Origin: an uncultured Chloroflexia bacterium
GTDB taxonomy: Bacteria; Chloroflexota; Limnocylindria; Limnocylindrales; CSP1-4
NCBI GenBank assembly: GCA_963813335.1
Contig: CAWEYL010000001.1
Coordinates: 256,001-320,000, forward strand
Reading direction: 5' to 3'
DNA: 64,000 bases
Both the position numbers and the translations under genes were made by a program. Below, one piece after another: positions 9,016 through 18,222 of the stretch; within the stretch, counting starts at the first letter, position 1; every line of letters begins with the position of its first letter. The notes below the pieces were generated by a model. The model had not been told where the DNA came from. It searched no databases and saw only the letters and a program-made list of their open reading frames with translations.

Positions 9016-10428
9016 TTGACGGCGTCTGCCACGCTTAGGGGCCTTCACCCGAGGTGCCCGTTGGTCGTCGCCGCCCGTCGCTCGCCCCATCCCTGGTCGC
9101 TCCCGCTCGTCGCGCTGCTCGCTGTCGCGCTGCTCGGGGCCGCCCTGACGACGGCCGTCGCGTCGCTGGTCGCACCCAGCGAGGTCCTCGGGGCGTCGAC
9201 GGCCGCCAAGGTCACCGCCTGTGCGGGGGTCAACGTGCGGACGACCCCCAGCACATCCGCCCCGATCAAGACGACACTCGGCAGCGGCGTGAACGTGGCA
9301 GTCGTGGTGACCGTCACGGGCTCGACGTGGACGGTCTCCTGCGCCGGCAAGACCACCACCGGGCGGAGCTGGTACCGGATCAGCTCGATCGGCGGCAAGA
9401 CGGTCAAGTCGCTGTATGGCTGGAACTACCTGTATGCCGCATCGGGCCTCTTCAAGCCCGCCCCGACCGTCACGCCCCCGAACACCATCGCCACCGTCAG
9501 CACCAAGCTCGCGATCTGCGCGGCCAGCGCACGCCTCGGGCCGAGCACCACCAGGCCGAGCAAGGTGACCATCAAGGTCAACTCGAAGGTCACGGTCACC
9601 ACGACCATGCTCGGCGGGACGTGGCATGGCACCTGCAACGGCAAGAGCTTCACCAGCGTGCGCTGGTACCGGATCTCGGCGATCAACGGGAAGTCGGTCC
9701 GGTCGCTGTACGGGGTCGCCTACCTGTATGCCGCCACCGGCATGTTCCGGACGGTGCCCACGCCGGTCGTGCCGCCCACCAGCGGCCTGACCGAGGGCAT
9801 CGACATCAGCCACTGGCAGGGAACGATCGACTGGACCCAGGTCGCCGCGGCCGGCAAGAAGTTCGCGTTCATGAAGGCGTCCGAGGACATCGACTACGTC
9901 GACCCGACATACCCGGCGAACCGGGCGGCGGCCAATGCCAACGGCCTGCTCATCGGGGCGTACCACTTCGCGCAGCCGGATCTCTCGCCGGGTGATGCCG
10001 TCGCCGAGGCGGACCATTTCCTCGACATCGCGCAGATCGCGTCGGGTGACCTTCCGCCGGTGCTCGACCTCGAGATCGCCGGCCCGTCCGGGTCGCCCCT
10101 CAATCAATCCCAGCTCCAGGACTGGGTCCGCGCCTACCTCGGGCGGATCTACGAGCGCACCGGGGTCCGCGGCGTCATCTACGCGTCACCCGCGTTCTGG
10201 GTGAAGTACCTGGGCGACACCACCTGGTTCGCCGACAACGGCTACAAGGTCCTGTGGATCGCCCACTGGACGACCGCGACGGCGCCCACCGTGCCGGCCG
10301 ACGCCTGGGGTGGGAACGGCTGGACGTTCTGGCAGTACACCTCGAGCGGGAGCGTCGCGGGCATCAGCGGCCGCGTCGACCTGGACCGCTTCAACGGGAC
10401 CGACTTCACGAGGGTCCGCATCCCCTGA
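9016..10428 (+). CDS. Secreted GH25 muramidase (lysozyme) with two N-terminal SH3b-like repeats
   Basis: GIDISHWQG, KASE, GAYHF, PPVLDLE, LWIAHW, WQYTS, VDLD; hydrophobic signal; duplicated WYRIS.I.GK.V.SLYG..YLYAA.G.F. Confidence 0.88.
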   Translation: MTASATLRGLHPRCPLVVAARRSPHPWSLPLVALLAVALLGAALTTAVASLVAPSEVLGASTAAKVTACAGVNVRTTPSTSAPIKTTLGSGVNVAVVVTVTGSTWTVSCAGKTTTGRSWYRISSIGGKTVKSLYGWNYLYAASGLFKPAPTVTPPNTIATVSTKLAICAASARLGPSTTRPSKVTIKVNSKVTVTTTMLGGTWHGTCNGKSFTSVRWYRISAINGKSVRSLYGVAYLYAATGMFRTVPTPVVPPTSGLTEGIDISHWQGTIDWTQVAAAGKKFAFMKASEDIDYVDPTYPANRAAANANGLLIGAYHFAQPDLSPGDAVAEADHFLDIAQIASGDLPPVLDLEIAGPSGSPLNQSQLQDWVRAYLGRIYERTGVRGVIYASPAFWVKYLGDTTWFADNGYKVLWIAHWTTATAPTVPADAWGGNGWTFWQYTSSGSVAGISGRVDLDRFNGTDFTRVRIP

Positions 10429-10460
10429 TCCCGGGTCTCGGTGGTAGCATTCGGCCGCTC

Positions 10461-10552
10461 GGAGAGGTCGCATAGAGGTCTAGTGCAGCGGTTTGCTAAA
10501 CCGCCATGTGGGGTAACCTGCATCGAGGGTTCGAATCCCTCCCTCTCCGCCA
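10461..10552 (+). tRNA. tRNA-Ser(GCT)
   Basis: GGAGAGG acceptor stem, GCGGT-TTGCTAA-ACCGC anticodon arm, long variable arm, GTTCGAATC, CCA. Confidence 0.95.
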
Positions 10553-10554
10553 CT

Positions 10555-10676
10555 CGCGCCCCACGTTCGCGGTCGCTGGGGGCGTTGGCTTGTCCGGTCC
10601 TCGCTTACGCACCTTGGGGTGCGCTCGCTCCGGTCCTCATGCGCCGCCTTCCCGTCGACCACGCCCGCGGGGCGCG
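10555..10676. repeat. Dispersed hairpin repeat, copy 1
   Basis: Core TCCGGTCCTCGCTTACGCACCTTGGGGTGCGCTCGCT (10593-10629) inside a long imperfect hairpin closed by CGCGCCCC/GGGGCGCG. Confidence 0.8.
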
Positions 10677-10697
10677 GCGTTCGGCGATCTGACGGCC

Positions 10698-10807
10698 CTG
10701 GCCGCGTTCTCGCCTCCGGTCCTCGCTTACGCACCTTGGGGTGCGCTCGCTTCGGGTGCTCGGCTCGGCCTTGCCACGGACCGCCAGCTCACCGAACGCC
10801 TTGCCAG
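10698..10807. repeat. Dispersed hairpin repeat, copy 2
   Basis: 37-nt core at 10715-10751 identical to copy 1; flanks CTGGC.GCGTTC / GAACGC...GCCAG are complementary. Confidence 0.8.
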
Positions 10808-10930
10808 CGAGGACGCTCCGTGCCGCGGCCTTCGACGATCCGACGGTCTCTGGCGGCGTCCCGAGAGGCGGTCTCCCGGCCTGACGCGGTACACTGCGCC
10901 GCGTCCGTGCGCTGCCGTGCCGGACCGCGT

Positions 10931-11006
10931 GCGCCCGTAGCTCAGTGGATAGAGCGTTAGGTTGCGGACCTAAAGGTCGTGGGTTCGAGTCTCGCCGGGC
11001 GCGCCA
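10931..11006 (+). tRNA. tRNA-Arg(GCG)
   Basis: GCGCCCG/CGGGCGC acceptor stem, anticodon arm TTAGG-TTGCGGA-CCTAA (GCG at 10964-10966), GTTCGAGTC, GCCA end. Confidence 0.93.
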
Positions 11007-11281
11007 AGACTTCCGTCGCCTTCCGATGTGTGGCTGAGAGTTTGGCCCACCTTGGGCTCTCGGCGGGCACGCGACCACCAATCCCTGCATCACGACTTGG
11101 TGATGGTGTAGACGCTCCGACGGCTAGCCAGCCGGAATGAGCCTCCTCGATACCGGCAGAATCATCGCGTCGGGACGAAGGAGCTTTTGTCCGAGGTCGC
11201 CGCGGAGTACGGTCGAGAAGTCGGATGCTGACCCGGCCGCGCGGGACATGATCCGATGGATCCGTCGCAGCCCAAGCAGCC

Positions 11282-12110
11282 ATGGAGGCGAGCGTGAAGT
11301 GGCCGTTCGGTAGAGGAAAGAAAGACAAATCCGCGCCAGGACCCCAGTGGCTGCAGGGCGACGCGGGTCAGTCAACGGACGATCTGATTGCCCTCGAGGC
11401 TGACTACCGGCTCGACTCGCTCGGCTCGGCCGTCGCGGTGGCCGACGGCAAGCGTCATGTCTACTCGATCAGCATCGGCCCCGACGGATCATCTGGCGTG
11501 GTCAGCATGGGGACCGTGATCTGCGACGCCGTGGCGTCATTCGACGCGAAGGGCATCCATCCGCTCGACGTTGACCTCGGCGGTGGTGAGAACCTCGCTG
11601 ATCCAGTTCACCAAGGACTGCCAGGACACTCCTAACGCGCGAGATGCCGTCATCTCTCCGGATGGCACGCTACTGGCCGTGCTCGTCTCCACGGCGGACG
11701 GGATTGATGGCATCGGCCGGCTCGACGCCCTCTGGGATCTCATCGTGGTCCGACGCTCCGATGGGTCGATCACCCGTCTCGCAAGTGGACTAGTCGGATG
11801 CCCGGGGCCTCGCCTGGTCGCCCGACGGGCGGTGGCTCGTCTTCGGGACCGATAGCGCCGTCCGCGGGCCTACGACGGCGCTGGTTCGGGCGGACGGATC
11901 GGACGGACCCCGCTACCTGGAGGTCGAGTCGAGGCTTACCGGCTTCGCTTGGTCGCCCGATGGCGGGGCGATCTTCGCCCTTACTGATCAGCCAGGGCCG
12001 GACGACGGGTCGCTGCTGAGGGTCCCGGTGATCATCGATGTGTCGGGGCTGGTCCGTTGATCCATCGGCGGCCTTGAGCAGACCTCGTCCTCGCCCTTCT
12101 CGGCGTCGCG
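11282..12110 (+). pseudogene. Mosaic of gene fragments including a broken TolB/PD40-like beta-propeller
   Basis: Propeller motifs AVISPDGTLLAV (~11650), LAWSPDGRWLVF (~11810) and FAWSPDGGAIF (~11945) are split over short ORFs; codon usage is atypical. Confidence 0.55.
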
Positions 12111-12689
12111 ATCGTGCTGAGCTCACTTGCGTTGGTGCAAACGGAGCGCCGTCTCGACCCGCGGCCCTCCACGGACGGTGCGATGGCGCAAGGACGGCCG
12201 AGGGACACCACCTCCTCATAGTGTCGCGCCGGATAAGCGGTAGATGAGCGTCGCCGACTTGCCTCGCTCCGGCCTCGGCTCCGCGTTCCGGCCGGCGATC
12301 GCGCGCGAGATCTTCCGGTCCGGGCCGCCCCACGAGGTACCGTCCCGCCCCGTCCCACGCCACCGGAGTTTCACGCGACGGCTCCGGCGTAGTAGTCAAG
12401 CGGATCGTTCGCTTTGGTGGCGATGAGTCCGCCGCTCGCCGGGCGCGCCATCTCCCCGTACTGACGACCACCGCGGATGTCGGCGCCCGACGCGCCGCCC
12501 GCGGGATCCAGTCCTCGACGAACCCCGTCCGCGAGGCCCCTCCAGGTGAGCCGCCGGCCCCGCTCCAGCCCGGGGCCGTCGCCGACGCCGGCGTGCAACA
12601 GGGCCCCTGTGCGTCCCTGCGGCCGGTTCTGGGCGCCCCGTGAGTCCCGGGATTCGCGCACGAAATCGTCCGTCCGCCCCGGTGGCGAC

Positions 12690-12718
12690 TTGACAGGATG
12701 GATTTAGTGCTAAATACT
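12690..12718 (+). promoter_or_regulatory. Promoter upstream of the fasciclin gene, with a palindromic operator candidate
   Basis: TTGACA (12690-12695), 17 nt, AATACT; inverted repeat ATTTAG-TG-CTAAAT (12702-12715) overlaps the -10. Confidence 0.6.
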
Positions 12719-12795
12719 CGGCACATCGGGTCCCAGCACGGACCCAGCGGCATGCAGAGGGCAGGCCGCACATCTTGGAAAGGACACCGATCGAC

Positions 12796-13793
12796 ATGAA
12801 GCGTCAGCTCCTCCTCGCGGCCGTGCCGCTCGCCCTCCTCGTGGCGGCGTGCAGCAGCACGGCTTCATCGACACCCGCTCCGGCGACGCCGGCGCCGGCC
12901 ACCTCCGCTCCGGCGGAGAGCATGGCGCCGGCCGGCGACATCGTGGCGACCGCCAAGGCTGCCGGCTCGTTCGGCACCCTGCTCAAGGCCGCCACCGCCG
13001 CCGGGTTGGTCGAGACGCTGCAGGGCCCGGGCCCATTCACCGTCTTCGCCCCGACCGACGCCGCCTTCGCCGCCCTGCCCGCCGGCACGCTCGACACCCT
13101 GCTGGCCGACCCGGCCGCCCTGAAGCAGGTCCTCCTGTACCACGTGGTCTCGGGCAAGGTGACCTCCGACCAGGTCGTGAGCCTGACCTCCGCGGACTCG
13201 GTCGAGGGCGCGCCCATCGCGATCGCGGTGAAAGGACGGCAAGGTCTACTTGAATGGCTCGACGCAGGTCGTCACCCCCGACGTCCAGGCCGCGAACGGC
13301 GTCATCCACGTCATCGACCAGGTGCTGCTGCCACCGGCAGCCCAGGCCAGCCCCGTCCCGTCGGCGACCACGGCACCGGCCGGCGACATCGTCGCCACCG
13401 CCAAGGCCGCCGGCTCGTTCGGCACCCTCCTCAAGGCCGCCACCGCTGCCGGATTGGTCGAGACGCTGCAGGGCCCCGGCCCGTTCACGGTCTTCGCCCC
13501 GACTGACGACGCGTTCGCGGCGCTGCCGGCCGGCACGCTCGACAAGCTCCTCGCCGACCCTGCGGCCCTCAAGCAGGTCCTGCTGTACCACGTCGTGTCC
13601 GGCGCGGTCACGGCGGACCAGGTCGTCGGGCTGACGTCGGCGACCTCCGTCGAAGGGGCGCCCATCGCGATCACGCGTCAAGGACGGCAAGGTGTACCTC
13701 AACGACGCCGCCGAGGTCGTGACCACGGATATCGCGGCCACCAACGGCGTCATCCACGTCATCGACCACGTCATCCTGCCGCCGTCAAACTGA
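12796..13793 (+). CDS. Lipoprotein with two tandem fasciclin (FAS1) domains; two +1 frameshifts in this assembly
   Basis: Lipobox LVAAC; two copies of [18 protein letters not shown] and [11 protein letters not shown]; extra bases at ~13231 and ~13676 break the frame. Confidence 0.88.
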
Positions 13794-13819
13794 CGGTCGG
13801 TCCTCCTCCTCCCTACGGG

Positions 13820-13847
13820 GGACGGTGCCGGACCTCCGGCACCGTCC
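13820..13847 (+). terminator. Strong hairpin between the fasciclin and heliorhodopsin genes
   Basis: GGACGGTGCCGGA-CC-TCCGGCACCGTCC; only a weak pyrimidine tail follows. Confidence 0.5.
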
Positions 13848-13877
13848 TCCGTTCTCTCTGTCTGATTGAGGGATCCC

Positions 13878-14672
13878 ATGCACGCGACCCAGGCCATGAA
13901 CCCGAACGCCGGCGCCGTCTCGACGCCAACCTCCTTCGCTCGCCCGCTTCGACGCTGGAACATCGCGCTCGGCGCGCTGCATGCCCTCCAGGCGATCGCG
14001 ATCCTCGCGCTGGCGACCGCCTTCACGCTACCGGTGACCGGAAGCTTCCTGGCCGGTCCCCCAGGCACGCCGCCCGCCGCGCCCGCGACGCTGTTCGAGC
14101 TCCCGATCGCATCGGGGGTCGCGCTCTTCCTCCTGCTGTCCGCGGGGTTCCACGCGCTCGTCTCGCTGCCGCGCGTCTCCGACCGGTACCTGGCCGGCCT
14201 TGTGAGCGAACACAACTTCTACCGGTGGGCGGAGTACTCGCTGTCCTCGTCCGTGATGGTCGTGCTCATCGCGATGCTGACGGGCATCAGCGACGTCGCG
14301 GCACTGATCGCCATCTTCGCGGCGAACGCGGCCATGATCTTCTTCGGCGCCGTCCAGGAGCGCTACGAGTCGCCGGGCGGCTCGCTCTGGCCGTTCTGGC
14401 TGGGCTGCGTGATCGGTATCGCGCCGTGGCTGGCGATCGGGGTGTACCTATGGTCGCCGGGCAGCAGCGCGGAGCCGCCCGCGTTCGTCTATGCGATCTT
14501 CGGTTCGCTCTTCGTCTTCTTCAACGTGTTCGCGCTCAACATGTGGCTGCAATACCGGCGAGTCGGACGCTGGCGTTCGTATCTCTTCGGAGAGAAGGCC
14601 TACATGGTCCTGAGCCTGGTGGCGAAGTCGCTCCTCGCCTGGCAGGTGTTCGCCGGCACGCTCGCCGGATGA
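13878..14672 (+). CDS. heR: Heliorhodopsin (HeR)
   Basis: Seven hydrophobic segments; TM1 LRRWN...LHALQ, TM2 FH, TM3 [17 protein letters not shown]7 [19 protein letters not shown] with the retinal-binding Lys in SLVAK. Confidence 0.93.
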   Translation: MHATQAMNPNAGAVSTPTSFARPLRRWNIALGALHALQAIAILALATAFTLPVTGSFLAGPPGTPPAAPATLFELPIASGVALFLLLSAGFHALVSLPRVSDRYLAGLVSEHNFYRWAEYSLSSSVMVVLIAMLTGISDVAALIAIFAANAAMIFFGAVQERYESPGGSLWPFWLGCVIGIAPWLAIGVYLWSPGSSAEPPAFVYAIFGSLFVFFNVFALNMWLQYRRVGRWRSYLFGEKAYMVLSLVAKSLLAWQVFAGTLAG

Positions 14673-14718
14673 TGGGCGTCTGCCGGCCGTGGCAGGATGC
14701 CCGGATGGGACGCACCCG

Positions 14719-15591
14719 GTGAGCGACGACGGCTCGGGCCTGCTGACGCTGCATGAGGCAGCCGATCGGCTCGGCGTCCACTACATGACGGTCTACCGGC
14801 GCGTTCGACTCGGCATGCTGCCGGCTCGGAAGGTCGGCGGTACGTGGCGCATCGACCCGGTCGACCTGACCGAGCCGCGGTCAGGCTCCGTCGACTCGAA
14901 GGCTCGTGGGACGGGACCGTCGCAGCCGCTCCGTGACGGCAAGCCGCGACGCGCTCCGTGGCCCGGGCGACTCCGCGAGCGGATGCTCGCCGGTGACGCC
15001 GCCGGGAGCTGGCAGGTCGTCGAGGCAGCCATGGCGTCGGGTGTCGAGCCTGCTGACGTCTACGTCGAGATCCTGACACCCGCCCTCCACGCGATCGGCG
15101 CGGGTTGGGAGGCAGGAAGGATCCCGATCGAACGCGAGCACCTCGCGAGCGGCGTGGCTACCGCGATCGTCGGCCGGCTCGGGCCGCGCTTCCGCCGACG
15201 CGGTCGCCACCTCGGGAGCGTGATCGTCGCGATGCCGGCCGGTGAGCGCCACGGCCTCGGCGTCGCGATGCTGGCGGACATCGTGGCGCAGGCCGGCTAC
15301 GACGTCCTCAATATCGGGGCGGATACCCCGCCCGCGTCGCTGGCGTCCGCCATCAGGTCCCGCGATGACCTCCGGGCGGTGGTGATCAGCGTGGTGGACG
15401 CAACCAACCTGCCGGCTGCGGCGCGACTCATCGCGGCAGCGCGGAGCGCCGACGGGAGCGTCGTGATCGTCGCGGGCGGGTTCGCCGTCCCGGATCTCGA
15501 GAGCGCGACGCGGATCGGCGCGGACGAGTGGGCAGTGGACCCGCGACGGCTTCCCGCGCTGATCGCCGAGCACGCCCGCCTGCGGGCCTGA
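14719..15591 (+). CDS. HTH (excisionase/MerR-like) plus cobalamin-binding regulator, CarH/LitR-like photoreceptor
   Basis: N-terminal [36 protein letters not shown]; W-x9-EH ([12 protein letters not shown]) and E-x-H-x-x-G (GERHGLG) B12 motifs; Rossmann C-terminus. Confidence 0.85.
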   Translation: MSDDGSGLLTLHEAADRLGVHYMTVYRRVRLGMLPARKVGGTWRIDPVDLTEPRSGSVDSKARGTGPSQPLRDGKPRRAPWPGRLRERMLAGDAAGSWQVVEAAMASGVEPADVYVEILTPALHAIGAGWEAGRIPIEREHLASGVATAIVGRLGPRFRRRGRHLGSVIVAMPAGERHGLGVAMLADIVAQAGYDVLNIGADTPPASLASAIRSRDDLRAVVISVVDATNLPAAARLIAAARSADGSVVIVAGGFAVPDLESATRIGADEWAVDPRRLPALIAEHARLRA

Positions 15592-15649
15592 CCACGTCGG
15601 CTGCTGGATCGCCGGGCCGCGTCCTCGCCGGGTGCGTACGATGGACGCC

Positions 15650-16030
15650 ATGTCCCTGCTCGCGCAGGCGCTCGCCTTCGTCGCAGCGCTGATCCACGTC
15701 TTCTTCTTCTACGCCGAGAGCGTGACGTTCGCCCGCCCCGAGACCTGGCGCCGCTTCGGGCTGCAGACCCAGGAACAGGCCGACGTCGTCCGGCCGATGG
15801 CCTACAACCAGGGCTTCTACAACCTGTTCCTGGCGCTGGGGATCGTCGCTGGGCTCGTGCTGGTCACCAACGGTTCCGTCGAGGCCGGGCGAGCGGTCGT
15901 CGTCTTCGCCTGTGCCTGCATGGTCGGGGCCGGGATCGTCCTCATCACGACGTCGCGGGCGATGCTCCGCGCGGCGCTGCTCCAGCTCGCCGCCCCGCTG
16001 CTCGCGATCGTCGCGACGTTCGCGCTGTAG
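15650..16030 (+). CDS. DUF1304 family membrane protein
   Basis: H.FFFYAES and AYNQGFYNLFLALG signature; four hydrophobic helices; TACGAT 7 nt upstream suggests a leaderless start at 15650. Confidence 0.8.
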   Translation: MSLLAQALAFVAALIHVFFFYAESVTFARPETWRRFGLQTQEQADVVRPMAYNQGFYNLFLALGIVAGLVLVTNGSVEAGRAVVVFACACMVGAGIVLITTSRAMLRAALLQLAAPLLAIVATFAL

Positions 16031-16037
16031 GCCGACG

Positions 16038-16943
16038 ATGACCGACGACGGCACGACCGACGCGACGCGGGTCGCCTTCCTGGGCCTCGGGACGATGGGC
16101 GAGGCGATGGCCGGGAACCTGGCGAGGGCGGGCTTCGCGGTCACCGGCTGGAACCGGACGCCGGGCCGCGGAGCCGGCCTCGCCCAGGACGGCGTCGCGA
16201 TCGCCGCGTCGGCGGCCGATGCCGTCGCCGACGCCGAGCTCGTCGTCATCTGCGTGTCGGACACGCCCGATGTCGAAGCCGTGCTCTTCGGGCCGGACGG
16301 CGTCGTGGCCGGCGCCCGACCCGGCACGCTCATCATCGACTGCTCGACGATCGCGCCGTCCGGCAGCTGGGATTTCGCTGCGCGCCTGCGCGAGCGCGGC
16401 CTGGCCATGGTCGACGCCCCGGTCTCGGGCGGCAGCGAAGGCGCGCAGAAGGCGACGTTGACGATCTTCGTCGGCGGCGACGCGGAGGACGTCGAGCGCG
16501 CCCGCCCCGTTCTCGCGGCGATGGGCAAGACCATCACCCACGTCGGACCGATCGGCGCCGGTCAGGCGGTCAAGGCCGTGAACCAGGTCATCCTTGCCGG
16601 CGCCTACCTCGGGGTCGCCGAGGGCATCGTGCTCGCGATCAAGGCCGGCCTCGATGTCGAGCAGGTCGTCGGTGCGCTCGGCGGCGGTGCGGCCCAGAGC
16701 TGGGTGCTCGCCAACCGCAGCGGCCGGATGCTCGACAACGACTATCCACTCGGGTTCAAGGTCGCGCTCCACCGCAAGGACCTCGCGATCGCCCTGGACC
16801 TCGCGGGTCAACTCGGCGCGGTGCTGCCGTTGACGGCCCTCGTGGCGCAGCTCGAGACCGGGCTGATCGCCGGCGGCCATGCCGATGAGGACATGTCGGT
16901 CATCGCCCGGACCATCCGCGGACTGTCCGGCCTCGAGGGCTGA
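16038..16943 (+). CDS. NAD(P)-dependent beta-hydroxyacid dehydrogenase (3-hydroxyisobutyrate / tartronate semialdehyde reductase family)
   Basis: FLGLGTMG, DAPVSGG, GQAVKAVNQ, F...LHRKDL. Confidence 0.9.
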   Translation: MTDDGTTDATRVAFLGLGTMGEAMAGNLARAGFAVTGWNRTPGRGAGLAQDGVAIAASAADAVADAELVVICVSDTPDVEAVLFGPDGVVAGARPGTLIIDCSTIAPSGSWDFAARLRERGLAMVDAPVSGGSEGAQKATLTIFVGGDAEDVERARPVLAAMGKTITHVGPIGAGQAVKAVNQVILAGAYLGVAEGIVLAIKAGLDVEQVVGALGGGAAQSWVLANRSGRMLDNDYPLGFKVALHRKDLAIALDLAGQLGAVLPLTALVAQLETGLIAGGHADEDMSVIARTIRGLSGLEG

Positions 16944-16946
16944 TCC

Positions 16947-18126
16947 TCAGTCGAGGCCGACCAGCAGCATCGGGTCGCCGAGCTTGCCGTCGTAGCGCGG
17001 GCGGAACCGCGCGGCGTTGTACATGACCGGGACGTCGACCTTGCGCGGACCCAGGGCCGGGTCGGGTAGGTGCGTATGCGCGTACTTGCCGTCCTGGATG
17101 GCGACCATGCGCCCGGTCGTCCCGGATTCGACGAGGTCCATCGCGACGTTGGCGAATGTCGTCGCCACCAGCGAGTCGACCGAGTCCGGCTCGCCGGAGC
17201 GGAGATCGTAGGTCAGCTCCGAGGCGAGCGTCTCGATGCCGGTTCGGGCCTTGATCTCGGCTGCCAGCGCCTCGCCGACGTTGGCCTTGTGCCGGTGGCC
17301 GAACATGTCGGCGTCGCCCACGTCCGACATCTGCGCTCCGTGCCAGATCGCGCCCTCGGCCGTGATGACGAAGGCGTAGCGGCTCGGGTTCGCCTGGTGA
17401 TCGGCCGCCAGGATCCCGGCCAGCGCGTCGAGGTCGTAGGGTGCCTCGGGGATGACGCAGCGGGCGGACGTCACGTACGCGGTGTACAGCGCCGAGAACC
17501 CGGCGTCGCGGCCGAAGATCCGGAACACGCCGATGCGCTCGTGGCTGCCCAGGGTCGTCCGCTGCCGGTTGATGGCCTCCTTGGCCCGGGTGATGGCCGT
17601 CGAGAACCCGATGCAGTACTCGGTCCCCTGGACGTCGTTGTCCATGGTCTTCGGGATGGCCACCAGCGGGACCCCGGCGTTGACCAGCACCTGCGAGTAG
17701 GACAGCGTGTCGTCGCCGCCGATGGTGACGAGGAGGTCGATGCCGAGGGCGCCCAGGTGGTCGAGCACCAGCGGGGTGAGGTCGTAGATCCCGTCACCGG
17801 ACGCGTAGCCGGCGCGCATGGCCGGCATCCATCCACGGCGGCAGACCGGCCTCGCGCATCTTGCGCGGGTTCGTCCGCGAGGTGTGCAGGATCGTGCCGC
17901 CGGTCCGGTCGATCGTCCGCGTGTTGTTGCGGTCGAGCTGGCGGAGATAGTCGGGGTCCGCCCCGAGCTCCGGGCGGATGTGGGTGAGGCCCTCCCAGCC
18001 GCGCCGGATCCCCATCACGTCGTAGCCGACCTCGGTCGCGCGGTAGACGACGCTCTTGATGACGGCGTTCAGACCCGGGACGTCACCGCCGCCGGTCAGG
18101 ATGCCGATGCGCTTCACCTTGGCCAC
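16947..18126 (-). CDS. pfkA: 6-phosphofructokinase with PPi-type signature; one frameshift at ~17810
   Basis: GILTGGGDVPGLN and GGTILHTSR in one frame; IGGDDT, PKTMDND, FGRDAG and YDLRSG in the next. Confidence 0.88.
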
Positions 18127-18222
18127 AGCGGCGAATCCTAGCGCGCCGCCCGCATCCCGGCCGGTTGCGGTTCGGTAGCGCCCGACGCGAACCGGCGGTG
18201 GGCGTCTGCTAGCATCGTTCTC

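Noticed and set aside
10593-10751. Two identical 37-nt palindromic repeats resembling a mini-CRISPR
   Set aside because: The 85-nt spacer is too long, there are no cas genes, and related copies are dispersed singly at 18.8 and 48.3 kb.
12700-12715. CIRCE-like GTGCTAA upstream of the fasciclin gene
   Set aside because: Only a half-site; the TTAGCACTC-N9 left arm is absent.
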